A stretch of DNA of 63,954 bases from Nitrospinales bacterium (GTDB taxonomy: Bacteria > Nitrospinota > Nitrospinia > Nitrospinales > VA-1), in the NCBI GenBank assembly GCA_022450865.1, contig JAKUOQ010000002.1, forward strand, positions 1 through 63,954, in the 5' to 3' direction. A model generated the notes under the pieces. The model ran no database searches and was not told the origin of the DNA. It saw only the letters and a program-made list of their open reading frames with translations. Below, piece after piece: positions 1-9,748 of the stretch. The position numbers and the translations under genes were made by a program. Positions within the stretch are counted from its first letter, which is position 1. Each line of letters begins with the position of its first letter.

Positions 1-98
1 ATCCCAGTTCGAAAAACATCATCAAAATCGATCTCGACACGCAAAAACGCGCTCTGCAATGTGTCAATCGCATGTTTGAATACGCCGATTAAACCCAT
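1..98 (-). CDS. 5' end of an unidentified CDS running off the left edge (tentative)
   Basis: ATG at 98 opens a stop-free minus-strand frame to the edge (MGLIGVFKHAIDTLQSAFLRVEIDFDDVFRTG...) with G-rich first codon positions. The antisense + frame (3..92, ...NIIKIDLDTQKRALQCVNRMFEYAD*) is also open, so the strand is uncertain. Confidence 0.25.
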   Translation of the reverse strand, partial: MGLIGVFKHAIDTLQSAFLRVEIDFDDVFRTG

Positions 99-201
99 TT
101 CAAAGGCTTAAGTCATTTTTTTAATTGCCCATCAGAATATATAAAACATGGATAGCATAAACTTAAACATCTTTTCGAAGGGTTAAAATTTTTTACAATG
201 C

Positions 202-282
202 TCAGTACATTTTTTTAAAAATGATCGGGAGTATAATGGCAAGCATAACCACCATGCCTATAAAGTGCTCTAAACTAAACAT
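202..282 (-). CDS. 26-aa hydrophobic small ORF (MFSLEHFIGMVVMLAIILPIIFKKMY), putative small membrane peptide
   Basis: ATG at 282 is preceded by GAGGAGG about 6 nt upstream. One predicted TM helix followed by KK. Lies 38 nt downstream of the fumC stop on the same strand. Below the ORF-track size cut-off. Confidence 0.35.
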   Translation of the reverse strand: MFSLEHFIGMVVMLAIILPIIFKKMY

Positions 283-319
283 TAAGACCTCCTCAATTTA
301 TTCTCTTTTTAAAGGTTCT

Positions 320-1708
320 TTATTTAGGCCCAGTCATTTTTTCAGGCCGGACTTTTTCATCAAACTCCTCCTCGGTCAATAACCCCAAAGCAACGGCAGA
401 TTCTTTCAGAGTCGTGTTTTCCTGATACGCTTTTTTAGCTACTTTCGCAGCATTGTCGTAACCAATATGTGGGTTAAGCGCGGTTACCAGCATAAGTGAT
501 CCATTGAGATGTTTTTCAATTTGGGTTTTGTTTGGTTCGATCCCGGCAACACAATGGTCATTGAACGAGCGACATGAATCGGCTAACAAGCGAATCGATT
601 GCAATAAATTATAAATCATCACAGGTTTAAACACATTTAGTTCAAAATTACCAGATGAGCCACCAACATTGATCGCAGTATCATTGCCAATTACTTGAGC
701 AGCCACCATAGTCATTGCCTCTGACTGTGTTGGGTTTACCTTGCCAGGCATGATGGAACTTCCAGGTTCGTTAGCTGGTAAAATTATTTCTCCAATACCG
801 CATCGAGGTCCTGACCCCAGCCAGCGGATATCATTGGCAATTTTCATTAGAGAACAGGCGATGGTTTTTAATACACCACTTGCCTCAACAATAGCATCGT
901 GTGCGGCCAGCGATTCAAATTTATTTGGGGCTGTCACAAATGGGCAACCGGTAATATCTGCAATTTGTTTTGCAACCTTTTCCGGGAAATCTCTATGTGA
1001 ATTCAGACCGGTTCCAACGGCGGTTCCTCCAAGAGCAATCTGATACATACGTGGCATACAACCATTGATACGATCAAGAGCATACTCTAACTGAGTGGTA
1101 TAACCGCTGAACTCCTGACCCAATGTAAGCGGAGTTGCATCCATCAAATGGGTTCGCCCGATTTTAATTATATCTTTGAATTCAGTAGATTTATTTCTAA
1201 ACGATTTAGTGAGTGAAACCAAAGATGGAATCAGAGCCTCACGAATACTCTCAACTGCCGCAATATGCATCGCGGTGGGAAAAGTATCATTAGAAGACTG
1301 ACCCATATTTACATGATCGTTCGGGTGAACCGGATCTTTAGAACCTATTACACCCCCAGCCAATTCAATGCCACGATTAGCAATGACCTCATTGCTGTTC
1401 ATGTTTGATTGTGTTCCGCTTCCTGTTTGCCAAACCCGTAAAGGGAAATGGTCATCGAGTTTCCCATCGATAACTTCATCAGCGGCTTTAGCAATCAAGT
1501 CTTTTATGCTTTCAGGCAACAAGCCTAACTCAGCATTTACCAAAGCTGAGGCTTTCTTAAGAATCCCCATACCTCGGATGAGTTCGCGAGGCATAGTTTC
1601 TGCACCAATATCAAAGTGGATCAGTGACCGTGCAGTTTGAGCGCCATAATAAAAGTGGGCAGGAACCTCGATTTCCCCCATGCTATCCGTTTCTGTCCGG
1701 GTTTCCAT
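320..1708 (-). CDS. fumC: class II fumarate hydratase
   Basis: Full-length match to the FumC pattern, including the [17 protein letters not shown] signature. I prefer ATG 1708 ([16 protein letters not shown]) with GAGGAG 7 nt upstream over the track's TTG at 1723. Confidence 0.95.
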   Translation of the reverse strand: METRTETDSMGEIEVPAHFYYGAQTARSLIHFDIGAETMPRELIRGMGILKKASALVNAELGLLPESIKDLIAKAADEVIDGKLDDHFPLRVWQTGSGTQSNMNSNEVIANRGIELAGGVIGSKDPVHPNDHVNMGQSSNDTFPTAMHIAAVESIREALIPSLVSLTKSFRNKSTEFKDIIKIGRTHLMDATPLTLGQEFSGYTTQLEYALDRINGCMPRMYQIALGGTAVGTGLNSHRDFPEKVAKQIADITGCPFVTAPNKFESLAAHDAIVEASGVLKTIACSLMKIANDIRWLGSGPRCGIGEIILPANEPGSSIMPGKVNPTQSEAMTMVAAQVIGNDTAINVGGSSGNFELNVFKPVMIYNLLQSIRLLADSCRSFNDHCVAGIEPNKTQIEKHLNGSLMLVTALNPHIGYDNAAKVAKKAYQENTTLKESAVALGLLTEEEFDEKVRPEKMTGPK

Positions 1709-1719
1709 GTTTCTTCTCC

Positions 1720-2640
1720 TCAATTTTTAAAATAATCCGCCGCTTCCGGCATTTCTTCTTCAATATAAATCCTGAATTTTTTTAACAACCGCTGTTCTGA
1801 TTGACGCACCGCTTCCCGCGTTACCCCTCTTTGATCGCCGATTTCCTGTAGAGACTGAGGAGATTCCGAAAGTACTCTTTTTTCTAAAATTTCAATTTCG
1901 CCTGGTTTCAATTCGGATTTAAATCCTTCAATTTTTTGCTGAAGAATTTCCCGAAACTGATCTATCTCAGCCCCTTTTTCAAGCGACTTTCCATCGCTTA
2001 AAGATTGCGCTGGGGTCATAGGACTATCAGGATGGGTAGGCGTATCAAACGAAACATCGAAAGCACCAATACTAGCTTCAACATCGATAATTTCACCTTC
2101 ATCAACTCCGAAGTGTTCTGCCAACAACTTGGTGGAAGGGTCAAACCCTTCTCTCTCCAAACGTTCTTTTTCTTTTTTCAGGTTAAATAATAATTTCCGT
2201 CGTGCGTTTGTCGTTCCCACTCGTACCAACCGCCAGTTATCCAAAATATATTTCAAAATATAAGACTTGATCCACCACGTGGCATACGCAGACAGCCGAA
2301 CCCCTCGGAAGGGGTCAAAATTTTTCACTGCTTTCATCAAACCAACGTTGCCTTCCTGAACCAGATCCATGACATTTTGCCATTCTCGCTTGAAAGTCAT
2401 GGCGATTTTTACAACCAGCATCAAATTAGCCGTTGTCAACTGGTAAGCAGCATCAACATCTCCTGTTTCCCGTAACCGAATTGCCAGTTCCTTCTCCTCT
2501 TCTTCAGTAAGGATCGGGTATTTTTTCGCCTCCTGAAGGTAGGCGGCAAAAGGGTCGGGGGGAACTAGCGTGCCTTTCTGACGCATTGCCGGCACCAGAG
2601 ATTTTTTCTTAGATTTAATTTTTTTAGGTTTATCGTTCAT
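1720..2640 (-). CDS. rpoH: RNA polymerase sigma factor, sigma-70 family, RpoH (sigma-32)-like
   Basis: Regions 2-4 of sigma-70 are recognisable. An RpoH-box-like segment, [27 protein letters not shown], resembles E. coli [21 protein letters not shown]. Confidence 0.8.
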   Translation of the reverse strand: MNDKPKKIKSKKKSLVPAMRQKGTLVPPDPFAAYLQEAKKYPILTEEEEKELAIRLRETGDVDAAYQLTTANLMLVVKIAMTFKREWQNVMDLVQEGNVGLMKAVKNFDPFRGVRLSAYATWWIKSYILKYILDNWRLVRVGTTNARRKLLFNLKKEKERLEREGFDPSTKLLAEHFGVDEGEIIDVEASIGAFDVSFDTPTHPDSPMTPAQSLSDGKSLEKGAEIDQFREILQQKIEGFKSELKPGEIEILEKRVLSESPQSLQEIGDQRGVTREAVRQSEQRLLKKFRIYIEEEMPEAADYFKN

Positions 2641-2722
2641 GAAGTAGAAAAACCAATTTTCAGCTAAAATTTTGGCATTATCGCAGGTTGAATCTATATG
2701 CCTTTATCTCTACAATAAAGGA

Positions 2723-2965
2723 ATGGCCCGTTTAGCATTGTTTGGAATTGCAGTTGTTTTTATCATTCTTGTTGCTCGCATGATTTTTCCATCTTCGAGT
2801 TCCAAGGAATCTGGTCCAACGGAAATGGTCCAGGATCCCAATAACGGCGTGTACATTCCTAAATCAGAAGCAATCAAAAAAATGGTCAATGGCAAAGAAT
2901 ATTATTTTTCAACCGAACAAAGCGCCGAAGAATACATTAGAAAAAATCAAACTAAACCGGATTGA
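2723..2965 (+). CDS. small membrane-anchored protein with a Cys-less YHS/TRASH-like C-terminal domain
   Basis: N-terminal TM helix (ARLALFGIAVVFIILVARMIF). The C-terminus DPNNGVYIPKSEA...NGKEYYFSTEQSAEEY aligns to the YHS pattern DPVCGM...G..YYFCS..C..F with every Cys replaced. ATG 2723 preferred over TTG 2672. Confidence 0.5.
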   Translation: MARLALFGIAVVFIILVARMIFPSSSSKESGPTEMVQDPNNGVYIPKSEAIKKMVNGKEYYFSTEQSAEEYIRKNQTKPD

Positions 2966-3072
2966 TAACAGCCAACTCCTTTTCAAGGCTCGATTTTTTT
3001 ACCATCTTTTGGTAATTAGCCCCTTCTATTATAGCAAAGGATTTCAATTAAACTGGAGAAACAAGACCCTAT

Positions 3073-3639
3073 ATGATGCATAAAAAAAATACAGGAAATT
3101 TAACAATACAGGTACTTGGAACTCTGATAATACTCGGTTTGTTCTTTGGTGACTCAGCGCAGGCGCAAGAAAATTGCGAACCTTTGGATAAAAAACGAAT
3201 TAAAATTGAAGGCTATATTTCTAAAAAATTCCGCAAACAACGAAAAGCTGTTTTTAAAGAATTTACCGCATTGGGAAACTCTCGAACTGCTCTCCGCGTT
3301 TATCCCATGGGAGAAACCTCTAAGGTGATTGCTATCGGAAAATGCGTCCCCGTGCATATTGCTCAACATGTTATAAAAAAAGCCATGGAATACAGTACGG
3401 GAGTTGAAAGTTTAGTCCAGCAACAGTTTATCCACGGTCACTGGATTGGTGTTGGAGTCACCATTTTTGACGAACCTTCCCAGCAACTTGTATCTACAGA
3501 ACAAGTCAAGCAAATGCTCAATCCTGAACTTTCTAGCAAGGAATTTCACAAGCTCTATCGTAAATTATCGATACCTAATGAGCTAACTCCCTATTTTGGC
3601 TTACAGGTTCCAAATATTAAAACCGCGCAACCGGAATAG
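3073..3639 (+). CDS. secreted hypothetical protein
   Basis: 188-aa ORF with a signal peptide ending AQA|QE. No family recognised. Confidence 0.55.
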   Translation: MMHKKNTGNLTIQVLGTLIILGLFFGDSAQAQENCEPLDKKRIKIEGYISKKFRKQRKAVFKEFTALGNSRTALRVYPMGETSKVIAIGKCVPVHIAQHVIKKAMEYSTGVESLVQQQFIHGHWIGVGVTIFDEPSQQLVSTEQVKQMLNPELSSKEFHKLYRKLSIPNELTPYFGLQVPNIKTAQPE

Positions 3640-3715
3640 TTCTTTACTACGTTTCAGGAAAATAGAGACTAAGAAAATAAAAATAGTTATAGTTTTTGCT
3701 ATGTTGGTCTTTTTA

Positions 3716-4144
3716 TTAGGCGTCGCGGCGGACCAGACGTACGGAATGTGAAATAGTTTTGTCGTTTTTCTCGTACCAGTATGGACAACCATTGGCATAA
3801 AACATTATTTGGGCTTCTTTGCCCCGTGTTGAGGATGTCCAAGTACAGTTTGCGGCTCCTGGCGGAAATACCGAATCCAAAAAAATATCTCCGCCCTTTG
3901 AATCTTTATTTAGTTTTTCCTTATCGAAAATAGAAGAGGCTTCATGGATCGTTGGTATACGCCAATCGCTGTAATCGCCCACTTTTTTCTCGTTGGCTTG
4001 TTTTACATATTCCTCTGCCTCAGCGTAGGAAACCTCTTTTCCCAATTCCAGTAAAGAGTCATTGGCCATCCAGGTCACACTGGTCAACGAGTCATAAACA
4101 GTTCCATTATCCCTTTTAAGAAATCTTGATTTTTCGTTTCCCAT
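3716..4144 (-). CDS. DUF1566 (Lcl C-terminal domain)-like protein
   Basis: DWRIPTIHEASSIF motif and C-terminal VRLVRR are typical of DUF1566. No signal peptide seen. Confidence 0.6.
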   Translation of the reverse strand: MGNEKSRFLKRDNGTVYDSLTSVTWMANDSLLELGKEVSYAEAEEYVKQANEKKVGDYSDWRIPTIHEASSIFDKEKLNKDSKGGDIFLDSVFPPGAANCTWTSSTRGKEAQIMFYANGCPYWYEKNDKTISHSVRLVRRDA

Positions 4145-4259
4145 ACTTTCCTCTCAAAAAAATATCAGGCTTTAGCTACCCAATATGTATTAGTTTTTTA
4201 AATGATCTAGCATTTTAACCTATGATGACTTTATTTCAAAACATGCAGCATGATCATCT

Positions 4260-5048
4260 TTAACTATAGAGATCGGGACGACGATCTTTGAAAATATCGT
4301 TTTTTGAATTGATAAATTTTTCGCGGGCTTTTCCTAGATCGATTTCTACAATTTGAACTTCTTCCTCGATTTCTGATGCTCGAATTAATATATTTCCATC
4401 AGGATCGACTACTTGGCTTTGCCCTATAAAGTGAAGAACCTCGTCAGGGACCCGATTTTCATTCCCCACCCGGTTGGCAGTAATAGCATAAACACGGTTT
4501 TCAAGACACCGGGTGATCATGGCTTGAGGGCAATGAGGCAAAACAAGGTTGGAAGGATGCGCAATAATTTCTGCACCGTTTAAAGCCAGTGAACGGGTTA
4601 TTTCAGGAAACCTCCAATCGAAACAAATCATAACCCCTACCTTAGTTCCGTTTAGATTAAATACGGGAGGAGCTTCCGTACCAGCATGGAAGCAGGCTTT
4701 CTCGGTATCAAACAAATGAATTTTTCTGTAACGCCCGATGAAACCTTCCGGCCCAACTGTGATCGAGGAGTTATAAATTCGATCATCATCTATTTCGACC
4801 AGCCCGGCAATAAAGTATGTGTTTATTTTTTTTGCGAGAGACGTGAGAAAACTCGTAACCACACCGCCGGGAACAAGCTCCGCATACTGATGAGCTTCAT
4901 CCATTTTTTTGAATCGGTATCCAGTCGAGAAAAGCTCCGGTAAGACAAATAAGTCCGCCCTTTTTCCCTCAAGCATTTCTTCGATTCGACTCAAATTGTC
5001 CTGAATATCTCCAAACTGAGGATGATTTTGAACAAAACCAACTTTCAT
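4260..5048 (-). CDS. carbon-nitrogen hydrolase (nitrilase superfamily) protein
   Basis: Glu (LPELF), Lys (YRKIHLF) and Cys (VMICFDWRFPE) catalytic-triad contexts typical of CN hydrolases. ATG 5048 preferred over TTG 5054. Confidence 0.85.
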   Translation of the reverse strand: MKVGFVQNHPQFGDIQDNLSRIEEMLEGKRADLFVLPELFSTGYRFKKMDEAHQYAELVPGGVVTSFLTSLAKKINTYFIAGLVEIDDDRIYNSSITVGPEGFIGRYRKIHLFDTEKACFHAGTEAPPVFNLNGTKVGVMICFDWRFPEITRSLALNGAEIIAHPSNLVLPHCPQAMITRCLENRVYAITANRVGNENRVPDEVLHFIGQSQVVDPDGNILIRASEIEEEVQIVEIDLGKAREKFINSKNDIFKDRRPDLYS

Positions 5049-5141
5049 AGGCAAAACTAAGTCCTAAGAGATCCTATAACGCCGGAGAAAATATTTACAA
5101 ACAAAAGCGATATCAATTAATTGCATTTATGGGGGGGAAGC

Positions 5142-6209
5142 TTAAAGTTGGGCGGATTTGTTTCTATATAAATGGTCGATTAAGGTTATAGCCACCATGG
5201 CTTCTGCAATGGGGACAGCTCTGGTTGCAACACAAGGGTCGTGTCTTCCTTCAACCCTGATTTCTGCTTTTTTACCCTGTTGCGTAACTGTGTCTTGTGC
5301 CTTATTGATAGAGGAGGTAGGTTTGACAACAAGCCTTATAACAATATCCATACCATTTGAAATACCACCAAGAATACCACCGGCATTATTTGTGGTTGTT
5401 ATCACCTTTTTGTTTTTCATTGCAAAAACATCATTGCATTCAGAACCTGTCATAATTGCTGATTGGAACCCCACCCCGATTTCGACACCTTTTACAGCAG
5501 GCATGCTCATAACAGCTTTAGCAAGGTCGGCATCTAATCTATCAAAAACCGGTTCGCCTAATCCCGCAGGAACTCCTTGGGCAATTACTTCCACAACACC
5601 GCCTAAAGAATCCCCTTTTTTGCGGGCTCGCATTATGGAATTGATCATTTTTTCGGCAATTTTATTATCGGGGCAACGGACAATATTGTTCTCTATTTCC
5701 CTATAGTCAATATTTTTTGCGATATGTTTTCCAACCTGTCGGGTAAAGCCAATGATTTTGATCCTTTCACGTGCTAGGAGTTTTTTAGCAATAGCGCCGG
5801 CAGCAACGCGACCCACAGTTTCACGTGCACTGGATCGACCACCACCGCGATAGTCTCGAAAACCATATTTCATATCGTAGGTATAGTCGGCGTGCCCCGG
5901 GCGGTACAAGTCTTTGATCAGCTCATATTTAGAAGAATCGGCATCTTCGTTTTCGACTAACAGAGAGATAGGGGTTCCCGTGGTTTTGCCTTTGAATACT
6001 CCAGACATAATTTGAATTTGATCACCTTCTTTTCGTGTGGTGGTCACTTTACTCTGTCCGGTTCTGCGACGATTGAGTTCCAGCTGAATTTCAGATTCCT
6101 TGATAGGCAACCCTGCAGGGCAGCCTTCAATAACAACTCCAAGGCCTCGCCCGTGTGATTCCCCCCAAGTGGTAATTTTAAACAGTTTTCCGAAAGAGCT
6201 GCCTGACAT
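5142..6209 (-). CDS. aroC: chorismate synthase
   Basis: N-terminal FGKLFKITTWGESHG and GGGRSSARET motifs. Length is typical of AroC. Confidence 0.95.
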   Translation of the reverse strand: MSGSSFGKLFKITTWGESHGRGLGVVIEGCPAGLPIKESEIQLELNRRRTGQSKVTTTRKEGDQIQIMSGVFKGKTTGTPISLLVENEDADSSKYELIKDLYRPGHADYTYDMKYGFRDYRGGGRSSARETVGRVAAGAIAKKLLARERIKIIGFTRQVGKHIAKNIDYREIENNIVRCPDNKIAEKMINSIMRARKKGDSLGGVVEVIAQGVPAGLGEPVFDRLDADLAKAVMSMPAVKGVEIGVGFQSAIMTGSECNDVFAMKNKKVITTTNNAGGILGGISNGMDIVIRLVVKPTSSINKAQDTVTQQGKKAEIRVEGRHDPCVATRAVPIAEAMVAITLIDHLYRNKSAQL

Positions 6210-6337
6210 AAATTTTTAAAATGGAGTAAATTAAATTGTTGAGGAAACTTACAACAGAGTGCAAGCCTGCTTTTCACAGGGTATAGAACTATACTAATGA
6301 AAAATATACAAAAAGGAGAGGGCTTACCGTTTGTTGT

Positions 6338-6355
6338 CTAGATTAGATAATCTAG
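6338..6355. promoter_or_regulatory. 18-bp palindrome CTAGATTA-GA-TAATCTAG in the ihfB-aroC spacer (candidate operator)
   Basis: Perfect 8-bp arms with a 2-nt spacer, too short a loop for an RNA hairpin. Lies about 130 nt upstream of the aroC start. Confidence 0.3.
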
Positions 6356-6394
6356 TAGGGTTTAAAAAAAGACTCGCACCACCCTATTCCTGGG

Positions 6395-6700
6395 CTATTG
6401 ATTTTCTTGACCCTCTATTGATTTATGCTCGTCAACCAATTCTCTGAGTTCTTTTCCTGCCTTGAAAAAAGGAACTTTTTTGGAAGGAACGTCTACTTTT
6501 TGTCCTGATTTAGGGTTTCTGCCCACTCTTGCATTTCTTTGTCTGATACGAAAACTCCCAAAACCTCTCAGCTCAACTTTTTTTCCATCGGCCAATGAAT
6601 CGGTAATGCTGGAAAAGACTGTGTTAACAACAACCTCTGTCTGTCTTTTAGTAAGATTGATTTGGTTAGCTACTTTTTCTACAAGCTCTGCCTTTGTCAT
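6395..6700 (-). CDS. ihfB: integration host factor beta-like / HU-family DNA-binding protein
   Basis: MTKAELVEKV...GFGSFRIRQRNARVGRNPKSGQKVDVPSKKVPFFKAGKELRE matches the HU/IHF fold, and the PFFKAGKELR end is IHF-beta-like. ATG 6700 has a G-rich SD. Confidence 0.8.
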   Translation of the reverse strand: MTKAELVEKVANQINLTKRQTEVVVNTVFSSITDSLADGKKVELRGFGSFRIRQRNARVGRNPKSGQKVDVPSKKVPFFKAGKELRELVDEHKSIEGQENQ

Positions 6701-7067
6701 TTCATCCCCCCCCCGGGCCATCAATTTTATTGATAATCAAAATCGAATTGTGAGGATTATAGCATTAGGAGTATATAAGTCAACCCCTTATTTTAATTGA
6801 GTTAAGCAGAATATAGCAGAATCTCTTATCAGATAAAAACACGAATTATTTCGTATTTTTACTGTAAATATACCCTGCTAAAAGGTAGTTATAAAATAAT
6901 TTGGTATCGAGCTTGAGCTATTTGATAGAAAACCTTTTTTAGATTTTCTCTTAAACTGAAAATCCATTTCTGAAAGCATAAAGTTATTAGAGTTAGTACT
7001 TTAGAAACCAGCAAGGGAAAGAACGATATATTACATGTAGTTGGAAGAAGGTAAGATTTTATTTTTA

Positions 7068-7967
7068 TTAGGGAAACCAAAGGTATTGCAGCCGGGGTAT
7101 AGATGCTGGCACAAGAGATTGGGTGAGGTTTTTTGAAATAACACTTTGCATCAGCCAATCCATAAGGGGAACATCTTCTTTTTCTTCAACAACACTGGGG
7201 TAACCCACAATACCAATTTTTTTTCCAAGCATCTCTATAGTTTTTTCCAGCCCACCAAACTCATCAATCAATTTAAATTCAAAGGCTTGTTTCCCAGTCA
7301 TAACTCTCCCATCGGCAAACAGTTTGACCCTATCCTCAGGTAGGTTTCTACCCAAAGAGACCGCTTGCACGAACTGCTGATGTACATCGTTCACTACATT
7401 TTGCAATAGCTCGCGCTCTTTGGGTTGCATTGGTCTGAGCGGAGAGCCTGTATCTTTAAATGCACCACTTTTAATCACCGCGGGCCGCAAGCCTATTTTT
7501 TTTGCTAGCTCTTCCATATTACTGAAAGCCATAATAACGCCTATACTTCCTGTCAGTGTGCCAGGGTTTGCTAAAATATAATCCGCCGCACAAGCAATAT
7601 AATAGCCACCAGATGCAGCCACGCTACCCAAAGACGCATAAACAATTTTTTTAGAGTCTTTTATTTTATTGATTTCATAGTAGATTTCCTGTGCGGGAGC
7701 AACCGCCCCGCCTGGAGAATCTATTCTAAGAATTATGGCTTTAATTTTTGAGTCCCGGCGATACTTTGAAAGTTGTCGGACTATCCCAGAAGAATCCATC
7801 AATACACCTTTGATATGAACCAAAGCGATTTCGCTGTTTGAGGTTTTCCAGCGGTCTTGCATAAAGCCACCCAATATGGATGCTGCAAAAAAGAATACGA
7901 ATATACCTAATGTCCATTTAATAAAAGATTTCAAAAGTGGCCTCTCCGACTTGGATAAAATTTCCAT
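7068..7967 (-). CDS. sppA: signal peptide peptidase SppA, 36K type
   Basis: N-terminal TM helix, ClpP/crotonase-like core with the GSVAASGGYY serine motif, and RIDSPGG. Confidence 0.85.
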   Translation of the reverse strand: MEILSKSERPLLKSFIKWTLGIFVFFFAASILGGFMQDRWKTSNSEIALVHIKGVLMDSSGIVRQLSKYRRDSKIKAIILRIDSPGGAVAPAQEIYYEINKIKDSKKIVYASLGSVAASGGYYIACAADYILANPGTLTGSIGVIMAFSNMEELAKKIGLRPAVIKSGAFKDTGSPLRPMQPKERELLQNVVNDVHQQFVQAVSLGRNLPEDRVKLFADGRVMTGKQAFEFKLIDEFGGLEKTIEMLGKKIGIVGYPSVVEEKEDVPLMDWLMQSVISKNLTQSLVPASIPRLQYLWFP

Positions 7968-8005
7968 ACTAAAACCCGATCTCTATAGAGATCGGGTTTC
8001 TACCT

Positions 8006-9706
8006 TCACTCTTCTTTAAAAACTTCCATATCGACCTGTTCTTTTTCAATTTGCGAAAGATCCAGGTTTTCTTCATAAGCTTTGATGCTTAAAGCGATCT
8101 TTTTATCGTTTGTGTCAACCTTAATCACTTTTGCTTTAATATCATCATCCACTTTAACAGCTTCTTCGGGTGCGGTTATATTTTTTGAGCTTAATTGAGA
8201 TACATGTATTAAACCCTCAAGCCCATCTCCAAATTCAGCAAAGGCACCAAAGCCTGTCACCTTAATTATCTTACCTGAAACTTCTGTTCCAATTGGGTAA
8301 TTGCCCGCAATTTCATCCCATGGGTCGGGCAACAATTGTTTGATACCCAAAGAAATTCTGCAGTTTTCTTTATCAATACTAAGTACAGCAGAGCTAATTT
8401 TATCTTTCTTCTTTAATACTTCAGAAGGATGCTTAATTTTTTTCCAACTCAGATCAGAGATGTGAATCAATCCATCTACACCATCTTCCAACTCGACAAA
8501 AGCACCAAAATCGGTCAGGTTTCGTACTGTACCCTCGACCTCAGTACCAATGGGATATTTATCTTCAATTTTATCCCATGGATTGGGCTCGATTTGTTTC
8601 ATTCCTAGAGAAATTCGTTTCTTTTCTTTATCCAATGTGAGAACAAGAGCTTCAACCTCATCACCGATAGCAACCATTTTGCTTGGGTGTTTTACATGAC
8701 GGCTCCAACTCATTTCTGAAATATGCACAAGGCCTTCGATGCCTTTTTCAAGTTCGACAAAAACTCCGTAATCAGTGACACTGACCACTTTACCCTTAAT
8801 TTTTGTTTCAACTGGGAATTTGGAATCCACATCCACCCATGGATCCGGGCTCGTTTGCTTGAGCCCCAAAGAGACACGTTCTTTGTCTTTATCGTATTTT
8901 AAAACCACTACCGTTACCTTGTCACCGATCGAAAACATTTCGGAGGGATGGTTAACTCTGCCCCACGACATATCAGTGATGTGGAGCAACCCGTCGATTC
9001 CGCCCAAGTCGATGAACACGCCATATTCAGTAATATTTTTAATAACCCCTTCAATAAGGTTACCTTCATCCATTTTCTCAAGAGTACCCGTGCGAATCTG
9101 TTTGCGCTGTTCTTCCAAGAGAATTCTGCGAGAGAGAACAATGTTGCCGCGTTTTTTGTTCATCTTGATAATTTTCATATCAAATTTTTCGCCAATCAAT
9201 TTCTCAAGATTGCGAATGGGGCGAAGGTCGATTTGCGATCCTGGCAAAAAAGCTTTTAACCCGATATCAACTGTAACTCCGCCTTTTGCCTTCGCTATAA
9301 CTGTACCCTGAATGATTTCATCGGCCTCATAATTTTTAACCAGATCATCCCAGATTTTAATTTTATTAGCTTTTTCCTTGGAAAGAACAACATTGCCATC
9401 ATTGTCTTCGACCTTTTCCATAAAGACTTCCACCTCGTCTTCGACCTGTAGGTTTTTTCCACTTTCAGGAAACTCGGATAGAGAAATCATGCCCTCTGAT
9501 TTAAATCCCACATCAACTGTAACGAGCCCTTTGGAAATGGCGATGACCTTCCCCATGATGATCTGGGAAGCCTTGAATCGGCCGAGGCTTTGATTAAAAT
9601 AAGTCTCCATTTCCTGATAAGAGGCTTCTTCGATAGGAGTCAAATCTCCCAACTCGGTTTTGTCGTCCTCGTCCATTTTTTTTAAAAGTTCTTTGGTTAT
9701 TTTCAT
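8006..9706 (-). CDS. rpsA: 30S ribosomal protein S1
   Basis: Six repeated S1 domains (G.V..v..fGaFV.l..g.eGLiHiSe). Confidence 0.95.
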   Translation of the reverse strand: MKITKELLKKMDEDDKTELGDLTPIEEASYQEMETYFNQSLGRFKASQIIMGKVIAISKGLVTVDVGFKSEGMISLSEFPESGKNLQVEDEVEVFMEKVEDNDGNVVLSKEKANKIKIWDDLVKNYEADEIIQGTVIAKAKGGVTVDIGLKAFLPGSQIDLRPIRNLEKLIGEKFDMKIIKMNKKRGNIVLSRRILLEEQRKQIRTGTLEKMDEGNLIEGVIKNITEYGVFIDLGGIDGLLHITDMSWGRVNHPSEMFSIGDKVTVVVLKYDKDKERVSLGLKQTSPDPWVDVDSKFPVETKIKGKVVSVTDYGVFVELEKGIEGLVHISEMSWSRHVKHPSKMVAIGDEVEALVLTLDKEKKRISLGMKQIEPNPWDKIEDKYPIGTEVEGTVRNLTDFGAFVELEDGVDGLIHISDLSWKKIKHPSEVLKKKDKISSAVLSIDKENCRISLGIKQLLPDPWDEIAGNYPIGTEVSGKIIKVTGFGAFAEFGDGLEGLIHVSQLSSKNITAPEEAVKVDDDIKAKVIKVDTNDKKIALSIKAYEENLDLSQIEKEQVDMEVFKEE

Positions 9707-9748
9707 GACCTGCTGATTCTCACTTTCTATATGGTTGTTTGATAAAAA

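Noticed and set aside
5158-5706. Long antisense ORFs in the track. Examples: 5158..5706, 8775..9311, 10858..11355, 17024..17431, 24952..25578, 38984..39361 and 43497..43862.
   Set aside because: Each lies entirely opposite a CDS with strong family motifs (aroC, rpsA, tyrA, icd, the SPOR lipoprotein, pepA, the SBP). Their translations are low-complexity, Ser/Pro/Ile-rich shadow-frame products with no recognisable motifs.
6889-7158. 89-aa ORF spanning the AT-rich ihfB-sppA spacer and the 3' end of sppA.
   Set aside because: It overlaps the sppA coding end, has no SD and gives a hydrophobic low-complexity translation. The 343-bp spacer (6725..7067) might hold an sRNA, but I could not recognise any known RNA family in it.
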